A DNA stretch of 64,000 nt from the human T2T-CHM13v2.0 reference genome, Homo sapiens, in NCBI RefSeq assembly GCF_009914755.1, contig NC_060943.1; one strand, written 5' to 3'. The notes under the pieces are model-generated. The model saw nothing but the letters and a program-made list of their open reading frames with translations, ran no database searches and had not been told where the DNA came from. A program made the translations under genes and the position numbers. Of the stretch, positions 26,230-44,382 are shown piece by piece (positions within the stretch are counted from its first letter, which is position 1; each line of letters starts with the position of its first letter).

Positions 26230-26456
26230 GCCCCTCCTCCACAGGATCCAGGAGTCCAGCCCCCAGCCCCTCCTCCCTCAGACCCAGGAGTCCAGGCCCC
26301 CAGCCCCTCCTCCCTCAGACCCGGGAGTCCAGGCCCCCAGCCCCTCCTCCCTCAGACCCGGGAGTCCAGGCCCCCAGCCCCTCCTCCCTCAGACCCGGGA
26401 GTCCAGGCCCCCAGCCCCTCCTCCCTCAGACCCGGGAGTCCAGAGCCCTAGCTCCC
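26230..26456. repeat. MSR1 minisatellite (6 units of 37 bp)
   Basis: Unit starts at 26266, 26303, 26340, 26377 and 26414 (exact 37-bp period), plus one degenerate unit. Confidence 0.9.
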
Positions 26457-26495
26457 TCTCTGTGGGAACCCGGTGTCCAGCCCGCTGCTCCGGAC

Positions 26496-26883
26496 CTTGG
26501 TCTGAAACTTTTTCTTGCGGTCAGGCAGCAGGTAGATCTTGACGTAGGGGTCTGAGAAGCCGTTGGAGTCCTTGGCAGGGAGGTCCAGGGCCTGCAGGAT
26601 CCTCACCACCAGCTGGTCCGAGCCATAGAGGTACCGCAGGGCGAAGCTGATACGGCCACAGGGTGCCCCTGTGCCTGCCTCTCCAGAGCCTGGGCCCCCA
26701 CCGCTCCGCCGGCCACCAGGGCCAGTCCCCTGGTACAGCTCTGGCTTAATCTGCCCAATGAGTTTGGCTTTTTCCTCGCCTCCAGGCAGGGGTAAGGGCA
26801 GGGCAGGTGGCCGCTCCTCACTGCTGGGGTCCGGCTGGGAGGTCAGAGTCTGCTGGGTGAGGGGTCGGGGCAGGGCTGGGTAC
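26496..26883 (-). CDS. SYT3: Synaptotagmin-3 coding exon 3 (linker and start of C2A)
   Basis: Encodes YPALPRP...GQIKPELY...LPAKDSNGFSDPYVKIYLLPDRKKKFQTK. Phases are consistent. Confidence 0.95.
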
Positions 26884-27153
26884 CTGTAGGGGGTTGGGGG
26901 GAGACCAAGGTGAGGTCAGTGGCTCTGATCTTCGACTGCATGCAGAGACCTGGGAGACTCCTCCCTGCCTTTCCCCCCATCCCCCAGCCAGGTGGCCACA
27001 AGTCCCCTCCTTTGCTCACTGTGTGAGCTTGAGGAAGCCACTGTGCTCTCTGAGCCTCAGATTCCCCATTGGTATCTGGGGGGCATTCCTTCTCTCCCTC
27101 CCTCCCTCCCTCCCTCCCTTCTTTCCTTCCTTCCTTCTTTCCTTTTCTTTTGA

Positions 27154-27726
<573 letters not shown>

Positions 27727-27993
27727 TGAGCCTGCCCCTCCCCTGCTCACAGCCCTCCCATGGCTCCTCAGTGCCCTCAGGACAAAGTCCCAGACCCTCA
27801 GGCGGGCACTCAAAGCCCCATGTGGTCTGGTGTCTGTAGTCACATCTCTGAAGTTTTCTTTTTCTTTTTTCTTTCTTTCTTTTTTTTTTTTTTTTTTGAG
27901 ATGGAGTCTCACTCTGCTGCCCAGGCTGGAGTACAGTGGTGCAATCTTGGCTCCCAGGTTCAAGAGATTCTCCCGTCTCAGCCTCCCGAGTAG

Positions 27994-28218
<225 letters not shown>

Positions 28219-28734
28219 TAAGGCTTGGTGCCCTGGCTGTCCCCTTGGTGTGGGCTGTCCTCACAATGCACTAGGATCTCGTTCTCCTCTTGTCTTTGCC
28301 TGGGCCTCTCCTTTCACCTGGAATGCCCAGGTCACAGCCCTGCCTCTTTGCCTTCCCAACTCTCCCTCAGCCTGCAGGTCTCAGCTGAGACATCTCCACC
28401 TCCAGGAAGCTCCCAGCCTTCTCCCAGTTGCGGTTCCCTGAGTCGCTTTCCTGTCTCACCAACCTGGCTACACCAGGACAGCCAGTCTGGGGGTCGCCTC
28501 CCCTGCGCTGTGAGTGACAGGAGGGCAGAGTCTGGTGTTTTCCTAACACCCCTCTCAGGCCTAGTTTATATCAGTGCTCAATATACATTTACATGTATAT
28601 TGAGAAATAATGAATGAAGGAACTCCAGGTCCCACTACCAATCCTGGCTTAGGGTGAAAGGGGGTGAACTGCCTTGTGCCACAGGGGACTTGGGGATCCA
28701 ACCTTATTCTCCTCTACTTTCCTGTCCTAAGTCC

Positions 28735-28885
28735 TGCCCCCAGTCTCCTCCCTCTGGACCCAGGAATTCAGGCCCCCAGTCCCCTACTTCTTCTGGTCCA
28801 AGGGGTCTAGACCCCACAGCCCCAACCTCCCTCAGATCCAGGAGTCTAGGGCCCCAGCCTCCTCTTTCCCTAAGATCCAGGAGTC
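28735..28885. repeat. Degenerate MSR1 minisatellite
   Basis: CCTCCCTCAGATCCAGGAGTCTAGG-type units. Confidence 0.65.
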
Positions 28886-28997
28886 AATACCCCGATTCCC
28901 CTCCAAATCCCGAACTCATAAGAGCTATAGATAGGAAAGAGACACAGAGGAGGAGCAGAAGTTCAGAGTGGACCCCCAACCCAGTATCCTCTCTCAC

Positions 28998-29523
28998 CTG
29001 GTAGTGGGTGCCAGGCTTGTGACCTGCTGATGTGACTGGGCACTGGGCAAGCCCCCACCACTGGGGGGCAGCAGGAGCAACCCAGAGCCTGCTCCCCCCT
29101 CAGAGGGCAGCTCAGGGGATGTTTGGCTCGGTTTGACCCCAGCGGCCACTGCTGCTGCTGCAGCCTCTGGATACGAGTCCATGTCCAAGTAGGAGGGCTC
29201 AGGGGTGTCAGAACCCCCCAGGCTGCCTGGCTCCAGCAGCTCAGCAAAGGGTGGATGGTGGGCGGCATGGGCATGGTGGTGTGGGCCGCCCAGCAGAGGA
29301 TGGCCACCCAGGCCAGCCGCCAGGTGGTGCCCGCCTCCGCCTACCAGGCCTGCCAGCCCGACACCAGGGCCTAGGTCTTTGCGCAGGGGGCCACCGCCCA
29401 CTGCCGAGCCTCCCTTGTCCCGCCAGGGCACCCAGCACAACTTCCAGGACACGAAGAGAGAGACACCCAGAAGGACAATGCCACAGAATGTCACGATGAC
29501 CGACAGCAGGCTCACGGAGATGT
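28998..29523 (-). CDS. SYT3: Synaptotagmin-3 coding exon 2 (transmembrane helix and Gly/His-rich spacer)
   Basis: Encodes ISVSLLSVIVTFCGIVLLGVSLFVSWKLCW (TM). Acceptor CCAG|A and donor AG|GTGAG. Confidence 0.95.
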
Positions 29524-29714
29524 CTGGAGAGAACGAGGACAGAGGTAGGGGTCAGGATGGGGTCACAGTACATCCTCCCTCTGCTGTCCCCAAAGAGTTA
29601 ACCCTTCATATTTGCCATGCAATTGTCCATGCAATTGCAAGTGCCAGGCACTTTACATGTATTACTTAATTTATGTTCTACAACTCTACAAGGTTAAGTA
29701 TTGTATTTTTTTAA

Positions 29715-29864
<150 letters not shown>

Positions 29865-31658
29865 TAAATTTTTCTGTAGAGATGAGGTCTTGCTATGTTG
29901 CCCAGGCTGGTCTCGAACTCCTGGCCTCAAGCAATCTTCCCACCTTGGCCTCCCAAAGTGCTGTGATTACAGATGTGGCCACTGTGCCCAGCCCAGTAGT
30001 TCTATATGACCATTTTAAAGATGAGGAAACTGAGACACAGAGAGATTCAGTGATTTGTTTAAGGTTTTACAAGTAATAAATGACAGTTCTGAGATTTGAA
30101 TCCAGCAGTCTCTCTCCAGATTTTATTCTCTTAATCACTAGACTTTGCTGCCTCTCTATAATAGAACACAACATGTGAGGTAGCACCAAGGTCCTCCAAA
30201 ATGCTCAGAGATGGTCAAGGAAGCATGGACCCTGCACGACACAGTTAGGCAGGGCAGGGTTTAAATCACGCTTGCTGTGTGGCCTTGGGAACATATCTTG
30301 ACCACTCTGAACCTTACATTTCCCATTTTCCAAGTAGGAAAAATCAGTTCTTCCCTCTTACAGTAGTTTGAAGGAATGCAGAAGGTAAATCACATGTGGA
30401 AGATAATAACAAACATATCTTGAGGGGTGATTACATACCAAATAGCTCAGTACTTTATAGAGATCAGGTTATTTAAGCCTGCCAGGCACTACATGAGGTT
30501 GGCAACATATTTATCCCTGTTTTCCACAAAAGAAAACTGAGGTCTGTATACCCATAGTTACCTGCTCAAAGTCCATAGCTGGTAGGTGGTAGAGTCAGGA
30601 TTTAAGTCTGGGAAGCCTGGCTTCAGAGCCCATGGTCTTTACTATGATGCTATCACACCTCAACGCTTCCCAATAAATGGTAGTTCAAATGTGAATTTTT
30701 ATTAGAATAATAAATCCTATTGCTGCCACTATGTGCGTCCAACACCATCAACAAGATAGCTAACACATTCTGAATGCCACATATGTGCTGATATGCCTTG
30801 CAGAGAAACCCAAGTACAGAATTGTTCTTACAATCAAAGGTTTTAGGCTTCTTCAGTAATTGGTACCAGGAGTGGGGTTTTTCAGAAATGACCTTCAAGG
30901 AATGGGAATTTGTTTTGAAATGGACTTCTGGGTGTTGACAAAGTGAAAGACAGGGAAAATCCCTACTCCTGACAGACAGTGGGTTATGGTGGGGAAGCAG
31001 GTAGCTAGGCCATTGCCGGCAAGGACAGCTGAGTGGAATGGCTGTGTCCAGTTATATTAGGGGACACACAGCAGGAAGGGGTTGCCTTCTGGTCCTGTAC
31101 TGCTTAGTGAAGCTATAGTGGTGTGTGACATTAATCCTTATGACATTATATAACTTTGGAATGACTTATCCCATTTTACAGATGAGAAAACAGGCTCTGA
31201 GAGAGAGGAAGTGGCCCTGCAGGGACATATACCAGGCACTGGCAGAAGAACTCTGGGTTTCCTTCCCCCCTCCCTCTTGGGGTGCTTTTTTTTTTTTTTT
31301 TTTTTTTTTTTTTGAGGCAGAGTCTTGCTCTATCATCCAGGCTGGAGTGCAGTGGCATGATCTCGGTTCACTGAAGCCTCCACCTCCCAGGTTCAAGCAC
31401 TTCCTGTGCCTGAGCCTCCTGAGTAGCTGGAACAACAAGTGGGCACCAGCATGCCTGGCTAATTTTTGTATTTTTGGAATAGACGGAGTTTTGTTATGTT
31501 GGCCAGGCTGGTCTTGAACTCCTGGCCTCAGATCCATCCACCTCGGCTTCCCAAAGTACTGGGATTACAGGCATGCACCACCATGCCTGGCCAGAGTGCT
31601 CCTTCTCTTTTTTTTTGAGACAGAGTCTCGCTGTGTCACCCAGGCTGGAGTGCAGTGA

Positions 31659-31808
<150 letters not shown>

Positions 31809-32185
31809 TAGTAGAGATAGGTTTTTACCATGGATGGTCTTGATCTCCTGACCTTGTGATCCGCCCACCTCAGCCTCCCAAAGTGCTGGGATTACAGGTG
31901 TGAGCCACCACACCTGGCCCAGAGTGCTCCTTTTTAAGTGACCAACACTCACTGAGCATTCTGGGTGGCCTGTTAGAAACCAGAGGCAAGGACTTTATGA
32001 GCCTCCTGAACACAGGTTGAGTTGAGAAAACAGGGTCATTGTGGAGAAAAATTAAACAGATGCTTTCCCCTACCGCCAGCCTGATTCAGACCCTGTCCAA
32101 CTCAAAACATGAATCCCACAAACCCTGACAGATTCCCCATTCCTGTCTGCACAGACTGGGGAGTTATTTGGGCGTGGAGAGGTGG

Positions 32186-33076
<891 letters not shown>

Positions 33077-33975
33077 GTGCTGTACTAGACTATGCAGGAT
33101 TCAGTTCTGCCTCTGCTACCATTGAGCCTCTGGGCAAGTGACTGCTGCTCTCTCGGCCTTATCCCTCATGACTGTCACCTGGACATCCTGCACATGAGGT
33201 GCCAGACCCTGCCCTGGTGCTCAGCAAGTGTGACTGTGGTTGTAATCACTCAGCACATGCTTCCTCTGGTCACCGTTTCCTCATCTGGACAATGGCACTC
33301 ATAATGTTTCCTCATTCCCAGAACCCTGCTGCTTTCTAGCTGTGTGACCTTGGACAGGTCACTTCACCCTTCTCAGCCTCAGTTTCCTCTGTTGAAAATG
33401 GGGATTATAAGTTCCACAAAGGGTCACTGTGAGTAATCATTGAGATGTGCAGAGGACCTCGCATGCTGCCTGGACCACAGTTGGTGCTCAGTAAGTGAAT
33501 CCCAGCATTGTTCTAAGTTCTTCGTAGGTGTTATATCATTTAAGTCTTTCATCTGCTCTATGAAGCATCCCTTTTATTATCCCCATTTTCCAGATGAGGA
33601 GACTGAGTCCCAGAAGAAGAGTCACTTACCTACAGCCATGCAGTTATTAATAAAGTGAGGGAGATGGGACTTGAACCCAAACAAGTCAGTCTGACTCAAG
33701 AGCCTGACATTTGCACAAGATGCAGAGAGATATCTGAAGGGGGCATTTGGTGGTGGTAGTCGGAGGGAGGCCCACAGGGCAAAACTCAAAAAGCAGACCA
33801 CACAGCTCCTTCCCCTTGGATCAGAGATTTGGGAGAAGGGCAGCAGCAGGCAGAATGGGGGCAAGACGCTACGAGGGACTGACCCCACAAGCAATGGAAA
33901 GCTGAGCAGTTCTGCTCCGAGTCTCCTGGCCATAGTGCAAGCAGGGGGCTGGCCAAGACAGGCAGGGGTGCTGAC

Positions 33976-34123
33976 CTGCATCTGGACCCCGGGGATAGCC
34001 TCGGATTCGGTCATTGAACTCCTGGCACCTGTCGTTGGTGTCAGCATCTCGGACCCGCGCACAGAGGTCCGAGACCAGGATGAGTGCCCGCCGGCAGAGG
34101 TCATCCTCATAGTCTCCTGACAT
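33976..34123 (-). CDS. SYT3: Synaptotagmin-3 coding exon 1 (N-terminal Cys motif)
   Basis: GCCACCATG start, MSGDYEDDLCRRALILVSDLC...RC with three Cys. Exon acceptor at 34138. Confidence 0.95.
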
Positions 34124-35736
34124 GGTGGCCGTCTGGTCCTGTGCGTGGGAGGGATGGGGCAAGGGTGCAGATGGGAAACAGAATGGGAGTGCAGGGTGGG
34201 CAGGTGCGGAGATAAGGGTGGAAAGAGACACCGAGAAAAGGAAGGATGGGCAAAGGGGACAGAGATTAGGGGCAGATGGATTAGGGATGGAGATTCGAGG
34301 AAGAAGGACAAGGTGACAGGTATTAGGGATGGACAAGGAAAAGGAATTAGGAGTAGACAGACAAGAGGGCAGAAATTAGGGATGGAGATAGTAGCAGGGA
34401 CTGGGTAAGTCAAGGGGACAGAGATGGGCATGAGTGGAGTAGAGGACAGAGAACAGGGACAAATGAACAAGGAGGAAGAGATGGAGAAGGGCAGTGAAGG
34501 GGCTAAGAATGAGGATGCACAAATAAAGGGATGGACAGATGAGGAAACAAAGATTAGGGCTGCACAGATGAAGGAACAGGAGTTAGGGATGAGCAGACAA
34601 GGTGCCAGCCATTCATCATTCATTCATTCAACAAACATCCATCCAGCACCAACTACACCCTACGTGCTGTGCTGGTTGCTGCGAATCCAGCAGAGAACAA
34701 GGTCCTGGAGTTCCCTGACCTCCCGGTGTCACAATCCAACGAGAGGAGACATAGAGTAAACAAGCAAACAAAAACACATACACAAACCGGTCACTGTCAG
34801 ACTGTCTGTGAGAAGCGCTCCACAGGACACAGCTGGAGAATGTGTCACAAAGGAACTCAGAGGGGGGCGGTCAGGGAGGGCTCTCCCAAACCTGAAGGAT
34901 GACATGGAGCCAGCCACAGGCGGGGGGCAGTGGCGCCAGGGTGGGAAAAGCATTTTAAAGAAAAGCATTTTAGACAGTAGGAGCAGGATGACAGGGGCTT
35001 AGGGTAGGAAAGCAGTTGGAGGGTCCAGGGACCAAGGAGGCCAGACTGGGGTAGACGCGGGGAGGGCCAGGAGAGAGGGATGGATGTGGGTAGAGAGATT
35101 GGAGGTGGATAGGTATGGTGGGAGCTGGGGGTGGAGAGGTGGAGATGCAGAGATGGGGACCAAGTTGAGGGAGGGAGAGATACAGGGAGGGGAGACAGAG
35201 ATAATGTGAAGGGCAGACTGAGGCTCCGAAGAGATGGAGAGGTGAACAGGCAGGCAGAAGGAAAGTCAAGGATTGAGACTTGGGATGGACAGTGACAAGG
35301 AATGAACCGAGATGTAATTAATTCACGGGGGCTTGAGAGACGAGAGGACGAGAGACGGTGAAGAGGGGCAGGCAGGAGTGTGGGCAGAAATATCTTTGAA
35401 AGAGAAACGGTCGAACGGGAGGATGGATGGGTGGGCAAGGACAGCAGATGATGGCTAGAGATCGCAGATAGACAAAAGGAGACAGGAGGGCTGGGCAGAC
35501 AGACATGGGTTCATAAGGGAAGGTTCAATGAGCACATAAATGAGAGGAGGCTAGGAAGGATAGGTGGATGTGGGGAGAGGGGGAATTAGTGACACATGGC
35601 TCGGAGCCAGGCATCAAGATGGGTTGAAGGGGATGCAGGAGAATTAGGAACAGACAGACCAGGGCTCACAGATGGACAGGTGTCGTGGGGGTGCTGCAGA
35701 AGGCCAGGACTCCAAGACAGGCATGGCCACACTCAC

Positions 35737-35874
35737 CTGCGCTTATCTCTGCCGTGTCCTGGGTGGCAGCCGAGGCGGCGGCGGGCGGCAGCCCATGGGG
35801 GTTCTAGGGCGGACAAGGGGCTGTGGACCCGTTCCCACGCGCCGGGTAATGAGAGAGAATGTCTGATCTAGGGG
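35737..35874 (-). other. SYT3: SYT3 5'UTR exon
   Basis: Acceptor CTTTTTCTCCCGGCCTCAG and donor CAG|GTGAGT. An alternative AG would start the exon at 35867. Confidence 0.7.
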
Positions 35875-36800
35875 CTGAGGCCGGGAGAAAAAGCTCAGCT
35901 TAACAGTCACATCTTGCCCTACTCGAGCCAGCTGCCCGACCCCAGGCGACCCACTGGGAGCCCGGCCACCCCCTCCCACCTCCGGGCCCCCAGCTCCCGT
36001 TGAGGGCTTAGAGACTACAATTCCCGGCAGGTCTCGCGCTCGCGCTGCTGCGGCTTCATAGACCCGGCGCTGCAGGATCTGCTGGGAGTTGAAGTCCTTA
36101 ATGCCTCCGGGCTGCAGAGAGGATGGGATTTTTTTTTTTTTTAAGGTTTTGGGGGGTTAAGATGCTGGGGTCCCAAGACGCTTCAGGGGAGGGGAACGAT
36201 GTCCGGGACTTCGAAAAGCCACGGAGCCCTAAGTCCTTAGGGGCCACGGAATGAGGAAACGATCCCCCCGCGCTGGGGATCGGTGGGCGAGGGGTGGGAT
36301 ACACCCAGGTGTTTCGGGACCCCCTTCCAGGGCCACGTGCCCCTCCCCCGGGGTGGCCAGAGAGCGCTGCAGCGCTCCCACTCCCCGGCCCGAGATCCAC
36401 GCGCCTCTGCATCTACCCCGCCCCCATGCGCCGGGGCCGACCCCAGGGATTTGACTGGGGCTGGGGCTGTGGCAGGAGGAGGGGGAGGAGCGGACTCACC
36501 CGGAGCCGCCGCTGCCGCCGCCGCCGCCGCCGCAGCCCCGCGCGCCAGCCGCGGTGCCGGCTCGGCCCCTCCCCTCGCCACTGTCGCAGGTCCGCGGCTC
36601 CTCCCCCTGCACCCCCTCCTTCCCCCACTCCGAACCCGCGGCAAGAAAGCCGAAATCACTTGGCCTCAGCAAGGAAGCAGGGAGATTGCCCGGGACTAAG
36701 GCAGCAGAGACCCAGTGGGTTTCCACACTGGGGACCCAGAGATCTAGGATCACGACGTGCTGCTTCTCCAGGGTCCGGGGGCCCAGTTCTCCGCCCCGCT
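35760..36800 (-). promoter_or_regulatory. SYT3 CpG-island promoter
   Basis: CpG-dense. ZNF143-type ACTACAATTCCCG at 36014-36026 and an inverted relative at ~36082-36095. Confidence 0.7.
36500..36590 (-). other. SYT3: SYT3 first exon (5'UTR, CGG-rich)
   Basis: Donor GG|GTGAGT at 36500, inside the CpG island. The transcription start is approximate. Confidence 0.65.
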
Positions 36801-37336
36801 ATCTCACAGAGGTAGAAGTCCGGGGACCCCAGGCCCCTCTTCCCAGGAACCCAGGACTTCAGGCCCTCCAACCTGAGCCGCTCTGAAGGCCGGTGGTAGG
36901 AGCGGAAGCTGAGACTCAAAGGTACAGTGCCACAGCCAGGATAGAGGTACTAGCAGGGACCTGGGTTTGAATCCCACCTGGGCCAACTCCTGCCTGTGTG
37001 CGCCTCTTGCTCTGAGGCCCCGTTTCCTCATCAGCAAAATACACACCATAAACTTATTTCCTAAGGGATCCACAGTTTGAAAAACCGGTCAGTGTAGACA
37101 AAACATTGGTACCAACTAGGTACTTAATGAATATTTCTCAAAAGTAGTGAGTAACAGTTTCTGGTATATTAATAGCAGTTAATGGCAATTGTCATTTCCT
37201 ATAAGTGGTGAAGTGCTAAGTGCTTTGAAAGCGTTTTCTCATTTAATTTTCACTTGGGTGCAATTATGACATTCCCATTTCACAGAGGAGACAACTGAGG
37301 CCCATGGAGGTTAAATCCCTTGGGTAAGGTCTAGAT

Positions 37337-37546
37337 CAGGGGTGTCCAATCTTTTGGCTTCCCTGGACTGCATTGTTGTCTTGGGCTACACATAAAATAC
37401 ACTAACAGTAACAATAGCTGATGAGAAAAAAAAAATCACAAAAAAATCTCATAATGTTTTAAGAAAGTTTACAAATTTGTGTTGTGCCGCATTCAAAGCT
37501 GTCCTGTGCTGCATGCGGGCCTCAGGCCATGGGTTGGACAAGCTTG
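37337..37546 (+). mobile_element. MER30 (hAT-Charlie) DNA transposon
   Basis: CAGGGGTGTCCAA...TTGGACAAGCTTG termini, with 8-bp target duplication GTCTAGAT/ATCTAGAT. Confidence 0.85.
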
Positions 37547-37644
37547 ATCTAGATCTACATAGCCTGGAGAGGTGGCTCGGAGGCCCCCTCAGTGCTCTCA
37601 ATCAGTGACATCCAAATAAATACAACCTCTAGGTAAAAATCAAA

Positions 37645-38580
37645 GGCTGGGCTGACACCTGTAAATCCCAACACTTTGGGAGGCTGAAGTGGGAGGATCC
37701 CTTGAAGCCAGGAGTTTGAGACTATCCTGGACAACGTAGGAGACTCCATCTCTACAAAACAAAAAAACCAAAAAACCAAAACAAAACCAAACTAGTGGGT
37801 GTGGTGGCGTGCGCCTGTAGTCCCACCTACGCAGGAGGCTGAGGTGGGAGGATTGCTGGAGCCCAGGAATTTTTTTTTTTTTTTTTTTTTTTTGTGAGAC
37901 AGAGTCTTGCTCTGTCGCCCAGGCTGGAGTGTAGTGGCGCGATCTGGGCTCACTGAAAGCTCCGCCTCCCGGGTTCACTCCATTCTCCTGCCTCAGCCTC
38001 CTGAGTAGCTGGGACTACAGGCGCCTGCCACCGTGCCCGGCTAATTTTTTTTATATTTTTAGTAAAGACGGGGTTTCACCGTGGTCTTGATCTCCTGACC
38101 TTGTGATCCACCCGCCTCGGCCTCCCAAAGTGCTGGGATTACAGACGTGAGCCACCGCGCCCGGCCTAGCCCAGGATTTTGAGGCTGCAGTGAGCTATGA
38201 TTGCACCACTGCATTCCATCCAGCCTGGGCAACAAAGCAAGACCCCCATCTCAAGAATAAATAGCCAGGTGCGGTGGCTCATGCCTGTAATCCTAGCACT
38301 TTGGGAGGCCAAGTGGGCGGATCACTTGAGCTCAGGAGTTCAAGACCAGCCTGGGCAACATGGCAAAACCCTGTCTCTACAAAAAATACAAAAATTAGCT
38401 GGGTGTGGTGATGCATGCCTGTAGTCCTAGCTACTTGGGGGGCTGAGGCAGAAGGATCACTTGAACCCAGAAGGTGGAGGTTGCAGTCAGTGAGCCAAGA
38501 TTGTGCCACTGGGCTCCAGCCTGGGCGACAGAGTGAGACCCTGTCTCAAAAATAAACATAAATATGAATAAATAAATAAA
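37645..38580. mobile_element. Old Alu (+) with a nested AluY-like copy (-, 37870-38166), followed by another Alu (+)
   Basis: Target duplication AGCCCAGGA flanks the nested copy. Confidence 0.85.
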
Positions 38581-39179
38581 TATTTAGAGCAAGAAATAAA
38601 AATGTCAAAATAAGTAAGTAAATAAAAGTAAAAATTGCTTGCTGCTTCTGCAAATACAACTTTAAGCACGCATCCTGGGCCCTCCCTCTAATTAGATTAC
38701 ACCCTACCCCTATTGCTGCCTATGTGTACATTTTGCAGCCATTATACTACCACAGAACCCCCAGAAATGCCTCCCAGGTTTGCCGAGTCTCTTCCTTGTG
38801 GCTTCTTGCATCCCCCCAGATGGATGTGTGTTTACATCCAGGGAAGCATGTGCGGGTGTAAACCTACAGACCACGAGTGCAGGTCCCCATGCCAACTCTA
38901 ACAGCCCGACCCTTGAACCCTGCTGGGCCTGCCCAGGGTCCACAGGTAGCCCTGTTCCACAGGGAGAGACACGCAGTGATGCACACACTCAGAGATGGGC
39001 ACACAGATGGGCTTGCCACGCTGCCATGACACGTTTCCAAAGAGACGCTCGGATTCCGAGGCTGCCCAGGCATTGAGAGGCAGCCGTAGTGCACTGGTTT
39101 TCTGTGTGACTTTGGGGGCAGAGCACTGGGATTCAAATCCCAGCTCTGCTCCCCTCTCTATGCAACCTTGGAGGGGTTA

Positions 39180-40180
<1,001 letters not shown>

Positions 40181-40859
40181 AAAACGGAGTGGATCTGAAT
40201 CCAGAGCCCTTGCCTTTAGCCACCATGCTGTTTGCATCTAGGACCCATTTGAGGACTTGCATGCTACTGCTGCTAGGAGTATAGAACAATATAAAGAACA
40301 CCGGACAGGGAGCCAGGAGACAGAGATAGAATCTTCCATATTCATTCAACTCGATTCATGCAGTCATTTGAGAAATACTTTCTGAGCACCTAATGTGTGC
40401 CAGGCATTTTTTTTTTTAGACAGCAGGGATTCATCTGGGAACAAAATAGACTAAAATTCCAGGGTTGGAAGAGCTCATGGTCTAGTGGAAGAGACAGAAA
40501 ATAATCAAATAACTACACATACTAGGATCCTCATACTAGGATCAATGCTAGGAAGGAACATCCATTGTGCTGTGTGTTTGAGAGAGGTCAGAGAAGTTCC
40601 TGAGCAAGTGACTTTTCAGCTGAGCTCAGAAGGATGAGTAGGCATAAGCCAGGTGGTGAAGATGAGGGAGGGGAGGGGAAATGCTCCAGGGAGAAGGAAC
40701 AGCTCATGTAAGACCTGGGGGCAGGAGGGAGTTTGGCACCTTGAGGGCTGTCAAGCACACAAGCCCCGTAGGAGTAGCACTTTGTTTTGTTCATAGCTGT
40801 GTCCCAGCTGCCTGGCACAGTACCTGGCGCATGGTAGGCACTCAATACTTATTGGTTGG

Positions 40860-41670
40860 TTGAATGAATGAATGAACATGTGAATGGATAAGTGGAGGAA
40901 TGTGTGAATCTATGATGTATTGATGGATGGGTGCATGACTGGATAGATGCTGGAAGGATAGATGAAGGGATGGACGGATAGGTGGATGAGTGAATGGCTG
41001 GATGGATAAGATGGATGTTGGAGGAATAGATGAAGGAATGGATAGATGAAAGAGTGGATGGTTGGGTGCATACATGGATGATTGGATGGATAGATGAAGA
41101 GTTAGAGTGGGGATGGATAGATGGATACTGCAGAAATAGATGAAGGGATGGATGAGTGAATGGCTGGATGGATAGAGGATAGATTGGTGGATAGATGGAT
41201 GGATGTTGGAGGAATAGATGAAGGGATGGATGAGTGGATGAGTGGATGAGTGGATAGTTGGATGGGATGGATGGAAGCTGCAGAAATAGACGAAGGGATG
41301 AATGAGTCAGTGGTTGAATGGATAGAAGATGGATGGATTTGTGGATGGGTGGATGGATGTTGGAGAAAAAGATGAAGGAATGGATGGATGAGTGGATGAT
41401 AGGATGGATGGATGCTGCAGAAATAAATAAAGGGATGGATGAGTGGAGGGTTGGGTAGATGGATGGATGATTGGATGGGTAGATGGAGAATTAGATAAAG
41501 GATGGATGGATTTTGGAGAAATAGATGAAGGGAGGGATGAGTGGATGGCTAGGTGCAGGGATGGATGATTGGATGATTGGATAGATAGATGAAGAGTTAG
41601 ATAGAGGATGGTTGGGTGGATGTTGGAGAAATAGATGAAGGGATGGATGGATGGGTGACTGATTGAATGA
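40860..41670. repeat. (TGGA)n-derived degenerate tandem repeat
   Basis: Recurrent GGATGGATG and AATAGATGAAGGGATGGATGAGTG. Confidence 0.85.
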
Positions 41671-42317
41671 GTTTTCACAAATACCTACAGATTCACACAC
41701 ATATGTGCCTGGAGGTAGATGCAGATACACTCAGAGGCATGCACACATGTGTGTAAATACAGATTCACTTGTTCTCCTGGTGCTCCTCCTGGAGAGAGCA
41801 AACACTGAGAATGGGGAGGTGGGGAGACACACCTTTTGGCCAGGGCTATGGCCATCCCTGCCACCACTGCGGCGCTGACAGTATTTCTGGAATTGGAGGA
41901 AAACGCTGATTCAGGGGTGTGTGTTTTAGACTGGGCACCAGGCCAGGAAGTGGGACAGGGATGGCCCAGAGAGATGGATTGAGTGGCAGAGGGAAGTCGG
42001 TCGGAGTAAGGCAGAGAGACAAGCAAGGCGACAGAGAGGTGGAGACACACAGAAGCAGAGAGATGGGGAAATAGGCAAAGTCATGGAGGCAGAGACAGAG
42101 ACATAGAGAGAAAGGGAAGGAAAGAGAGATGGAGACACAGAAACAGAGATGGGGAAATAGAGTGATGGAGACAGAGACAGATGTACAGAGAGAAAGACAG
42201 GGAGAGAAAGATAGAGATACAGAGACATACAGAAATCTACAGAGATGCAGACAGTGAGAGACAGAGATACAGGAATACAGAAACCTGTGATACAGGAATT
42301 CAAATTCAGACACACAC

Positions 42318-44382
<2,065 letters not shown>

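Noticed and set aside
26230-26456. 37-bp periodic repeat as a possible CRISPR array
   Set aside because: Units are head-to-tail with no unique spacers, the context is primate, and the unit matches MSR1.
33622-35438. 333-aa and 193-aa minus-strand ORFs
   Set aside because: Pyrimidine-rich intron sequence poor in stop codons. The first overlaps the SYT3 exon in the wrong frame.
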